Shown here: piece after piece, positions 11,119 to 22,130 of the stretch
How the letters are laid out: every line of letters begins with the position of its first letter
How positions within the stretch are numbered: position 1 is the first letter of the stretch
NCBI GenBank assembly: GCA_027604505.1
Contig: JADIIX010000177.1
Span: 1 to 38,072, forward strand
From: Gonapodya sp. JEL0774
Taxonomy: Eukaryota
Length of the DNA stretch: 38,072 bases
Direction: 5' to 3'
Notes under the pieces: model-generated
What the model was told of the DNA's origin: nothing
Database searches by the model: none
Seen by the model: the letters and a program-made list of their open reading frames with translations, nothing else
Translations under genes and position numbers: made by a program

Positions 11119-14100
11119 TCACTCTCTCCGCTCATCCCGTGATCGTCGTGCGGGAGGGAGCAGTGGCACCTGCCCACTTTCCATCGCTGCCCCAACTCCA
11201 CCTCCGACCTGACCTCCGCCCCATATCCCAGCCACAATGGGCCAAATGTTAAGCGGGCCCGCCTGGCCTTCTGAGCCTTCGCCGCCGCTGGAAATGGTGG
11301 TCATCCCGGCCGCTTGGTTGCTCACCGTCCCGGCCGTGTACCCAATACCTCCAGTTTGACCAATCGCAGTCGCAGCGGTGGTACCCATTCCCCCCGTCAC
11401 GTTGGCGCCCGTTCCTGCACCCGTCAGTGGCCCGCCGACGTTGGCACCTGTGCCCGAACCAGTCACGGGTCCGACGTTTCTACCGGTTCCCGAACCGGTG
11501 ACTGATCCCTGGTTCCCGCCCAGTCCAGTGCCAGAGACTGGCCCCGCGTTTGCGGCGGTCCCCGTACCCACAAGTCCACTCGCCTCGACGTTGGCTAAGA
11601 CTCCGGCCCCTTTCAACCCTCCTCCTAGTCCTGCCCCTGCGCCCGCAGTCGCCGTAGCAGTGGCTGGGCCAATACCCCCTATGAAACCGGTGGTGCTTGT
11701 AGTTGCGGAGCCGGTCCCAGTAGTGACCCCCGTTCCCAAACCAGTCGATGCACGGGTTCCAGAACCAACTCCAGCTCCAGCCGCCGAGGACTTTCCAGCT
11801 CCCAAGAATGTTCCCGTGGTTGCTCCGAGTGCAGCTTCACTCGCTACCAATCCTGTTCCTGCAAGAATAAACGGTGCCGATGCCCTGATGTGGAAGAAAA
11901 CCAGCGCACGCTCAGAACCTCGAAGTGTGAGCGCATAAGACCCACCGCACTGTCACACTCACCCAGCAATAACACCCGCTCCTCCCGCAGAGCCTGCCGC
12001 ACCTATTGCCCCAGCTCCGCTGCCAGTGGCCCCGCTTCCAGCACCCGCTCCAGCTCCGGCACCTCCCCCTGCCGCACCCGCCGTGGTTCCAGATGCGGCA
12101 AAAAAGGCCGAGGAACCCCCCAGCCTGCATTCAGAGAGATTGGTGTCATTGTTCGGGGAAAGAGAGAGTGAAGGGGGGAGAGGGGTCGCAGTGTGATGAG
12201 GAGATCCGTGATCCGCGCACTTTCAATTTTCAAATTCACACATGTCACCACACATGCAACAACTTTACTCACACGCCACTCTTCACCGCCCAGATACCGA
12301 GGCCCATCAGCGCCACGGCGCCAGCGACCGCCCCAATAGTGGATCCGGCAATCAGAGCCGCACTCGGTCCATCGGATGGCGGAGTGACGCTCGTGGAGTT
12401 GCCATCGCCGCGGACAGCAGTCGTAGTGGGGACAGATCGGTCAGAATCTGGTGAAAGGGGAGCAGAGTGAGGTTTGTGATTCCCAAACTTCACGAACGGG
12501 GTGGCGGAACTTACTTGTAACAGCAGCAACGCCAAGCGTAACGGTGGTCGTTACAAACGGTGCGGAAGACGAAGAGGCACTGGGCAGAACTGTTTGGGCT
12601 GTGGTAACGCTCTCAACCAAAAGCGCGGAAGGTAGCGATGTCGGTGAGACTTCCGTGGTCACCGCCGCAGGTTGTGTCACAAGTGATGAGGGAGTTTCAG
12701 GATCAGGTTCAGTTTGAGGAGCTGTTGTGGTGAACGGAGGGTTTAGAACTGGGGATTGCGCGGGCGGCGCGGGCGCTTGAGTTGAGATTGAGGTAGCAGC
12801 GACCGGGACAATTGAGGTTGTCACTGAAACGGGTGCGGGCGGAGCTGGAGTCGTGGCAGGTTGTGGTACTGAATCGGCGGTGGAGGGGGCTGTGAAGGCG
12901 GTGGAGGGTGCTGTGAAGGCGGTGGTGCTGGTTCTTTGGGTCCCGGTGGAAGTCGTGCTGGCTCTTGTTGTCTGCGTTCCGGTAACAGTTGCGCTTGTTG
13001 TGCGCGTCTGCGTCCCGGTAGCAGTCGTGCTGAGAGTTGTTTGGGTTTCGGACGTAGTCGTAACGGCCGTAGCGGTCGTTGTCGGGGTTTCGGTAGCAGT
13101 GGCACTGGTGGTAGTTTTCTTTGTTTGCGTGGCGGTCGTGCGGGAGGTGGTGGTTCGGGTTTGTGTTGCAGTCGTGCTGGTGCTTCTTGTCTGCGTTTGT
13201 GTGGTAGTCGTGCTGCTGGTTGTTGTCTGGGTTTGCGTGGCAGTCGTGCTGGTGGTTTTTGTCTGGGTTTGCGTGGAAGTTGTGCTGACGGTGGTTGTTT
13301 GCGTCTCTGTGGAAGTCGTGCTGAGAGTGGTTGTCTGGGTTTGGGTTGCGGTGGTCGTTTTGCTGGGGAACAGCGTTACAAAAGGCCAGCCGCTGCGGAG
13401 CTACAATGCACATTACTCACGGGGCGAGCTTCCGCTCCACAATATAGTAATTGCGCACAAAGAAGCAGTTTATGATGATAGCACCGTAATTTTGATCCCC
13501 ATACCTGTTGTGAGTGATTGTTGCCAGTGCTCAGTGGAGCCGAGAGACAAGCGAACTACAGGAAGTTACCAGAACGTACACGTTTATGCAATCGTATCTG
13601 TTTCCATTATCTGGCCCAACATAGACAGGAGTGGCCGCTTGGTTGTTATCGTACGAGGTGGACGAGCGGAAGTTGTCCATCTGCACGAGAAAGTCAAGAA
13701 GATTAGGTAATTCGAACCAGATAAAATCAAATTGTTAGACAACAGAACACTGAAGCTGCAGGCCTCATGCTCAGAGAAGAGATCAGCGTCGGAAGACTGA
13801 CCGTTGTGCCAATGTCATCCAAACCGACCCACATGATCTGGCTGTTGACGGTCCAAAGAAAAGTATTAGAGAACAATACAGCGATCGCTCTCAGACCACA
13901 ATTTGGTTTCTGAAACTCACCCTACGCTTCCCAAGACGCTTGTGAGTTGACTTTGTGGTATGGGGAACGCAAGCTCCCCCTTTGAAACACCAAATGTGTT
14001 ACAAAAGAAGGAACAGGTTGAGTAAAACGCCACCTTGTGAAAGCACGCGAGCAATATCAGCACATCATCTCACCTGCCACGCGTCCGACGCATCTTTCAT

Positions 14101-15625
14101 CGCGTCGAACCACTTTGATGTCTTTTGCACGATGCGGATGGCGCGGTCGTTGAAAATCGACCATCCAGTTGCAACAGCGACGTCCGGATCGCTGAGATGG
14201 TGGAAAGTGAGGGTTTATAAGATGCTGATAGGTAACTCCGCACGCGGGAAAACGATTGACCGGTGCCAACCGCTGTACTGGACTCGGCATCTCCCATGAC
14301 CTCGCGAAAACCAACTCACATCGGAAGCCCGGGTGGAATAATTTCGAATCTTGCCTGTCGATAATGGGGAATGTTCCACAACTCGCACTTGTTGTCCACG
14401 ATAGAACCTCCCCGTGACGTGCACCAATTCGCTGTGACACCTCCGACCGTAGGTATGTTGGCACTTTTAGTGGTTAGAGGTTTCAGAGAATAATATAAAT
14501 GATGTAGATGAGAGTGAAGGTTTGATCCTCCTCACATTTTGATATATGCATCTCCAGGACTATCCGATCTTGATACCGGATCGTCGTTTAAGTGAGAAAA
14601 AGGAGAGTCAGCGACAGGGTGGGTTACGCAAGGCGGACGAACAGGTCAGCACGGTGTCACACATATACGAGTGGCAAGGCTCGGTCCGGAAACTTCTCGC
14701 AACGCTCCCACAACGGGATCTCGGCTTTTCGTTTCATGGTCGACTCACTCTCCATTGAACGTCCCATCCCTGTAATAACAGGCACTATTACTCTGAAAGA
14801 ATAGAAAAATGACGCATCCCGGAATGAGATCGCACAACGCCTGGCAATCTCCGGCGTTTGGAGTCGCAAAATAGGCGAGATCATTTGAGAAGAATGAAGT
14901 TTGGGGGATGACGTTGTAGCCAGTGAATGCGTATGTGCTATCGGGGTTTTGCGGGGGATTCGGGTTGGGATTCGAGAAGGGACTGAGGGATTGGAGTTGA
15001 TTAGCAACGTTTTCCAAACAGTCGGAGGTTGCATTGGCCTTTTCTGTCCTTTCGAAGACCAAGACAGGTTCTTTCTTGCCTTGACTCAGTGCAATGTGAT
15101 CTCCGTTACCTCGGTCTGTTTGCTAGTCGGCTTTGTGGCATTCGTGTTCGCAAAAGACTGAGGTGCCCTTATGATTCGCCTCGGTCACTGAGCTTCCAAG
15201 TACTCTCCCAATCTCAAAAATCGGTATCGTTGAGCCCATTTTTAAAGCTTCCATCTGCCTCCTTAAAGCATGCTCCCAGCTTGGACTCACATTGATTTGG
15301 TGTAGACGTACGACCCAACATACGCTGATGTTGGCCCTGCGGTGCTGCTTACAATGCTGCAGGAGCCGTCACTGACGAGGGTGTACCCGACGCACTCGGC
15401 TCGGTAATTGCACATGTTGACGCATGGCGAGTTTGCATCTGTTGGCACCGACAGCAAGTTGGTGATGAAGCCTATCACGTTGGTTTCGTAGTAAGCATCG
15501 GAAAGGAAAAGGGAGTAGCCCGGTGCCGCCGTTGGTGGCAGTGCCGATGTCGTTCTGGGGAGAAGGACAAAGAGGCACAAGAGGAAGGCAGCCAGGATGG
15601 AGGACGGGGTCGACATAGATTTCAT
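11119..15625 (-). CDS. Single-pass receptor-like protein: signal peptide, two PAN/apple-like domains, C-type lectin-like domain, Thr-rich mucin stalk, TM, Gly/Ala/Thr-rich cytoplasmic tail (>10 exons)
   Basis: Signal peptide ILAAFLLCLFVLL; PAN-like CVNMCNYRAECVGY...C and DCQALCDLIPGCVIF...CYY; spliced CTLD GWSIFNDRAIRIVQKTSKWFDAMKDASDAWQ|GELAFP...G|QIMWVGLDDIGTT|MDNF...GPDNGNRYDCINV|YGDQNYGAIIINCFFVRNYYIVE; TM ALIAGSTIGAVAGAVALMGLGIWAV. Junctions are GT-AG and phase-compatible; the exon1-exon2 junction is the least certain. Confidence 0.78.
12860..13365 (-). repeat. Coding ~36 bp degenerate repeat (STTATQTQTTTT-like mucin stalk)
   Basis: Recurring gcagtcgtgctg / gtttgcgt units; translates on the minus strand as repeated S-T-T-x-T-Q-T-Q-T. 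Confidence 0.8.
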
Positions 15626-16251
15626 CGCTGGATCAGCATACGCAGGAACGATGGAAAGGCGAATACGGTTTGCGTTGCTGATGAACCGCTGAAACTGTCG
15701 AGCAAAATCGTTTTTGGTCTACTTCGGGAATTGTTGTTGGTGGGGCCTCAGGGCACCCGCACTCAATTCTATAATGTGGACACGGAATTGGGGCACCCCG
15801 ATTTGGGATTGACCGAGCGAGACTGGAACTTATGTATTACAATAGACACAGATGCGTAATTTTGTCATGCAGCTTCGAGGGAACGTATCTTTTTTTTTGG
15901 ATCGGTGATAATGGGCCGGGAAGGGAGAATGTCCATAATACTTCAACTACTTGGCGGTGATTGCGTCCGCCCAACCAACGCTCCGCCGCCCTTGCTTCCA
16001 ATACCATGACCAGTATCTGGGGGAATCTGAATATCACCCATCTTCAACGGTTTCCGTTGACTCGAGATACGTCCGCCACGTGCCTAACTGTTCAACTGGT
16101 ACCAACAATACTTTTTTTATGTTCATCGCACACTGGTCAATATCAACTAAAGCTCGAAGGCTTCCCATGTATAAACATTTCATGTGTTAGTACGTACTGC
16201 CTTTTTCGGTACAGGGGATGTGTCCCTGATTCTTCTGGTGTGTCGGCAGCG

Positions 16252-18883
16252 TCAGGCATACTTTGCGGCCGGAGGTCCTGCAACATCCACCAAATCAGTT
16301 GTAGGCGCTAATTTCGTTGCAATTGCATCACGTTTGACTCGTATATGAGGCAACGATCCAGTGTTGCCCTGTGACAGTGGTGATGGCATCGAGTTATGGG
16401 AATCCACGCTTCCGTAGGTTAATGAGTCCCCATACACGTCTGAATAAGATGTTACTTCAACACCATTGTACTCATGTTTGTATCTGTAACCACCAGGGAG
16501 TGTTTGAGGGATCGAAGGCGCGATAGACGGTGGTGCGATCACAGTGCTTGCAAGGCTTGTTGCGACTGATCTTGTGTATCCAGGCTGACGTTGAGAATCA
16601 GTGCCTATAGAAGTAGGTACGGTACTAGTTGAGTCCAATGGAGATGCTGCGGGAGGTGAGAATGTTGGGCGTCCGTCCTGTGCGGACATGGATGCCTTTG
16701 TTACAGGGGGATTTGGTGCGATGTGAGATGCTGGGAAGATTCCACGCTGTCCCGTAGTAATATTGGAGCCCTGGAAAAGGACCATTCACGGAAGGTGGTA
16801 ACGGCCTCTGGGACGAACAAACGTTCCTCACCTCTGCCCATCCATCTTCATACCTCCTCTCCAAGGATATTTTGTCACCTACATTGATGTTCACCTCATC
16901 TGCATAACGGGCTTTGAATGCTCCAATTGCATACATGTGGGGGTTTCCTACGGGATTCCCCACTGGTGTATTGCCGACAAGGGGAGAGTTCAATGTTCCT
17001 CCATTAACAGTGACTGCTGCGGGAGAGTACGGAGGCGACGGGAGTGGCGTGTTCGGTGGTGTTGCCATGTGTGCTACGGCGACCTTCGCCGCCAGCGTTC
17101 GCTCGACTTCAGCCAAACAAGAGCGTAATCGCTCGGTCTCTTGTTGAGACCTTGCCGCTTCATCCCGCGCGGCACGTTTTGTCTCCTTCAACTTTCCTCG
17201 CTCAATATTGACCTCATTCTCGAGTTGCTGAATTCGAGCTTTCGCGTGGGACAACTGGGTTTCGAGGCGCTCCGCAGAAGCCACGGCAGAGGACGGTGAA
17301 GATGACGCACGAGCCAAGTGGGCTTCAATCGCTTGAAATATAGAAGGATTTCGCAGCTGCGCTGCGCGACGGCGGACTTGTGCTGAGACTTGTGCACCAC
17401 GGGCCAGAAGGAGCCGAACGATGGACACCGAGGGTTCGGGATCAAGTGTGAGGATGTCGAACGAGTCGTTCGGTGCGATTGGGTTTGAAATTCGAATGTC
17501 GGTTCCAATCTTAGAGAGAGCGACACGAGGCGGGTTGGACGTTGCGTGTTCAATGAACTCCGATTGGCCAGTTGGACTGGATGAGGTGATGTACGGGGAA
17601 AACATTGCGACGTCGAGGATTGAAGGGAACCGATAGCTGAGGAACCATCTGAAGAGGAACCAGGTGGACTGATCAGATGTCGCCAGAAGCAATTTTTTTA
17701 AAGACCTGCGCAAACCTTGAGTGTGACCACAAGTGTGGTGTCCAGGTTGTGGTGAAATTGGGCACCCGCCACTCAACTTCCGCATGTGGATCCGCACCTA
17801 TACAGAATCAATTAAAGCGTACCAGAACTATTTGGATAAAAGAACTCGAACAGCTGTGATAACATACCGTGGTCCAGGAGAGCCCGTACTGTCTCCTCCA
17901 TTCCAAACATCACCGCAATAGCCAGCGCCGATTCCCCGAGAATTGAGTCCGTCTGCGGCCCTATACCAGGAATGTTGACCGTCAGTGTTATGCGTCGGCG
18001 GACGTTGGGGTTGATGCCGGCTCGGAGTGCCTGCATGGCAAGATCAGGACGACGGTTTTCGATGGAGTCTAGGAGAAGAGGTACTCCGCCAGGAGAAGGA
18101 ACGGTGCTTGCACTTGATTTGGAGTGAGTCATACTGGGTACAAAGAGCTTGGCAATATCGGGGTCTCCCAGACGGCGGGCTCTGTCGGCGGCACCAGGGG
18201 GCACAACGGCACCGCGGTCAAGGAGGAGCTTTACGACGGCGACATCCAAACGAATTTTGAACGTGTCGAATGCTTGTTCTAGCGTTCGAGGGTTCCCCAC
18301 AATTGGGAAGGCCGGTTTGTTGAGCGCGATTCGACAGTCGTCGGGTGAAGCAACTGAGGCGATGAGGGCGGTCTCGGTTTGGACACTTCGAGGGCATGTA
18401 GTCGTGAAGATGGAGAGAGCCAATTCAAGTAGGGAGGATGCATTGAATTGGAGAAACCATCTCCGCGTGTCCCAAGTTTTGGTATCCCAGCTCTTGGTCC
18501 AGTTTGGAATTTTCCACTCCACCGCATCGTTGAAGCCAGCACCTTTGGTTTTCACACGTACAGTGACAGCAGTGCGATCGGTCAAGCAGTAACGGTCAGT
18601 TATGCATGCTACGAAGACATGGTACGGAACGCGGAGAAATGCTCTCACCAGCGTCAATCAAATCCCCAAGGATGTCAGCGCGTCCATAAACTACAGCGAG
18701 AACAGCGGCTGATTCCGCTTCCCACGTTTCGGTGCGAGTACCAGCGATACCCACCGGCACCTGCAGAGTCACCCTTTTCCTCGAGTTCGGGTTAGAGCCC
18801 TTCTTCCCGAGGATCTTGACAACTGCAGTTCGGTCGCGACGCTCGATGGCTTGGATCAAGTGCAAATCGAGTGCGCTTGTCAT
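16252..18883 (-). CDS. Ankyrin-repeat (two insert-bearing units) + coiled coil + SH3 protein; ~5 exons
   Basis: ATG at 18883 (MTSALDLHLIQAIERRD); ANK-like ESALAIAVMFGMEETVRALLDHG|ADPH and VVKLLLDRGA; coiled coil ARIQQLENEVNIERGKLKE; spliced SH3 MYAIGAFKARYADEVNINVGDKISLERRYEDGWAE|GSNITTGQRGIFPASHI; stop at 16252. Confidence 0.85.
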
Positions 18884-18895
18884 CGTGAGGGAACG

Positions 18896-19487
18896 ACGAT
18901 GTGAGCGGGAGCTGTTAGAGAAATTGCACCCTGGTTGCCCAGCAGCTCCCTCCGCAACGGCCCCCCTCAGCCAGTGCCTCGCTCGGTTACGAATGTAAAT
19001 GGACACATCAAACAGAGTAGAGTACAGTACACGACATAACTGTATATGCGTTTTGCATAAAGATGATTTATGAGTCAGTGCGTTATGGAAACAATCATGC
19101 ACTTCGCATCGTCATGAGCGCAACAGGATGTGAGTTCGATTTCGAACTCAAATCACCGCTTCATATAAATTACTTCCACACAACTTTGACATTGACGAAG
19201 TTACCTTGCTCTGATTGGCTAATTCGAGTTTTTCAATCACCTTTTTTCGTCCCTATCTCTTGATCTAGTTCTGACTTTCGATTCTGCTTCAAAAACTCAC
19301 TCTACCATCACTTCATCGGCCGTGGGATATACCCGGCCATCCACTATGAATCGGTCCGCGTCGAGTGCGTGATACGCAGCATCATACACGAAGGCCACCA
19401 ACTCGTGGTCTACAACCGCGACTGTACCATCCTCAGTGGTGTTCATGACTGGTTCGTAGATATGCCAGCCTGTATCGGATTCGATGA
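18896..19487 (+). repeat. Segmental duplication, copy 1 (last exon of the 19297-21894 gene + intergenic/upstream region of the ankyrin gene)
   Basis: Near-identical direct copy at 34599-35171. Confidence 0.95.
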
Positions 19488-21894
19488 TGGGAACCCGGAA
19501 ATGACAAAATCGAGGGCGGGTTCCGTGAAAGAACAGTCCAACAACCCCCAGGTCAAATCCAAAGATTTATTGTGGCAGCCCCGTGATGTGGCAGAACATG
19601 TCCTGAAAACTCACCCAGTTCGTACTCAGTCGCCCTGTTCTGCACACAAGCTCCAAACGTTGCGCCTCCTGTTCCCTGGAAGAGCCACTCAAAAGTACCT
19701 TCAGGGGTGATACCAGTACGGTTCATTCGAGCGCTAAGGGGTGGAGTTCGAATGCGTGCAAATGAGATGTTGCTTTGCCGGGATTCCTCCTCCACTCAAC
19801 AGTTCACACGGAATGGCCCTGATAGCAAAGTTCAAGACTCACGCCATCCCACAATCGAGCATATCTAATGAAAATTGACCCGCGTCCACTGCCGCAAAAT
19901 GACCCCCCATATTGCGTTCTGTCAACAACTGGAAGAGGTCAGCGACCTCAGGATCGTCATGGAACCTTGCGGAGAAGTTGGCTGAAAATTGTGGATCACG
20001 AGCTCCAGCCCAGTGCCAGGACCAGTCGTATCTGTTGATGTACACGACACCCTAACACGCAAAGTTTCCGCGAGTCATAGAAAAGAGATGAGTGGCGGCT
20101 CACCGGGAAACTGCCATCCGCAATAACTTCCCATGTTACCCGCTCACCTTATCGACATGTGTATTACCGTTTGATATCGCCTGCTCTCCGTTGATTCTAC
20201 TCGCTCTTAAGACGGCGTTGCCTGGGTTCACGCTCTCGTGATACACAATCCACCCCACGCTCATCATGTCGTCGGGCGTGTCTCCGACCTGATCACCACC
20301 CATGTAATTCGCTGAGATACGTGCGACTTTCCAAGTTCCGTTTCGACATTTAGCGCGGTACGAAAACACGTGCTGTATGATTGTGCCTCCTGTCAATCTC
20401 TCGGGAAGCGCGGTTGGAGCGTCGGACGGAGTGGCAGGAGACATGACCCCGGCATATGCGATTGTTGCTAGTTGACCCCAAAGTAGATAACCAGATGCAA
20501 CGGTGAAGGATGAATCGCTGGCAGGGAATGGTATTGCGGAAACACTGATGGTGAGTGTAGACGTGACAGGCGGAGGTGGAAGTGCTGGGGAGGGTTGGCT
20601 ATGATGGTTGAGAGGATGCAAATCACCGAAAACTGGCTTCAGATTGTGTGAACGTGAGTTCTTTGTTCCGAGATGAAACTCACTCGTCTTCTGCAATCGT
20701 GTTTGGGTTACGGTACGAGAAGGAAGATATGCCCCTCATCTTCGATATCCAGGCATCCCTTTTCCACCACTGCTTTTTCTCAACCTCTGTGAGGTATCCC
20801 CACGTTTCCTCAATGGACGCCTGCGTCGCCTTGTCCGTTCGCCCGGGATACAACTTGCGGAACGACTCTGTCACAAGTTTGTTCCCTGTGAACGACTCGC
20901 TTGCTTTACCATCCACCGCAAAAGTGGAAGCCTGCACAATCTCTTCCTCCGACACTTGATCGAGTTGTGCGGTTTTCGTTTCCACGTACTTTGCTTGCTC
21001 TTTGCGCTGGTCGTCATTGAGTTCTCCGAACATGGTCATTGTGCCTGTCGGAGTGACTTGCTGTTCTTCCGCCTCCCATAGAGTGGTGAAGCCCTTTGGA
21101 GGATTTTGAAGCTGCTGGCGGAGAAATGGCACAAATTTATCAGCGAGGTCATTTGGGACACGGTTCAGCGCAGCTTTAGAGTCGCGGATATGACGCAGCC
21201 AGAACTGTATTGTACTGATTGAAACATCATCCACGGCTACGGTCGGAGGGAGACTCGCGGCAAAAGCGTTGGTGAACTCAGGCGATGAGTACGCTCGCCA
21301 CTGAATCATCATCGAGCGGAGACTGGAAATCTGCGTTCGCTTTGCAAGAATCTGCTCCTCTAAAACGTCAGTGTGAGTGGATACGGAGTCATTGTTGTTG
21401 GTATGATTGTCCGAGGACAGGACTTGACGACGGTCAAGAGACTTGAGGTAAGATATGTTCGCTGCGTGATGCCAATATCTCTTCTCTGCGTAGAGGACAT
21501 CTCGATCAATCTCCTGGAGGCGTTCTGTTCGTGTGATAAGCTGGAGTTCCAGGGGCTCGTCACTCTTCAATGGTGGGGTGACCCCTGGGGAGAGAAAGTG
21601 CCGCTTGTTCAGGAAGTCTGGCCAAGCATCTGCTGCGTCTCCCACAGTGCGCTCAGGAGCAAGGTCCTTTTTATGCCAGTCATTGCGGAAGCGGAAGGCG
21701 TGGAACAGACCACGCACAGAGGGAACCTTCTGGGTGAGTAGAATGTGGAGGGAATCGAGCGTGTCCGATTTTGGTACAGGCATGTCAAAGATGGGAGGAT
21801 TAGATGGGTTCGATTTCGTTCTCCAAGAAGGATTAGAAGAGGAATCGGCAGACGGGAGCGTGATTGCGACGTAGACGGCGACTCTCTGGGACAT
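19297..21894 (-). CDS. Hypothetical protein (5 exons): possible Ubl-like N-terminus, HMG-box-like segment, C-terminal 'RNGTW...INRYDW' domain
   Basis: A 404 aa first-exon ORF ends at a gtgagt donor. Phase-compatible downstream exons read ...YLLWGQL...CRNGTWKV...HVDK|GVVYINRYDW...|...EYELG|WHIYEP...LVAFVYD...VMVE*. Confidence 0.75.
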
Positions 21895-22130
21895 GATAGA
21901 ATTCGTCGGTTGACAGACACAGCACTGAGACTAAATCAGAGGCGGATGGAAAGGAATGGCAGCTTGGATTGCTTCAGGCAGACACAGGTCGACAACGCAA
22001 ATGCGAAACGCAAATGCGAACAGGCCACGGTTGTGCACCGATAATACATGTAATATATATTCCGCAATAATTTTATACCGTACTGAAGTGGTGGATTCCG
22101 AAATTGATTCATGATTTCACTTATGTACAC

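Noticed and set aside
11378..11938. Pro/Val-rich + strand ORF
   Set aside because: Antisense shadow of the Gly/Thr-rich tail exon.
12853..13710. 285 aa Val-rich + strand ORF (and the His/Asn-rich 12709-13413 - ORF)
   Set aside because: Antisense and off-frame shadows of the Thr-rich mucin exon of the minus-strand receptor gene.
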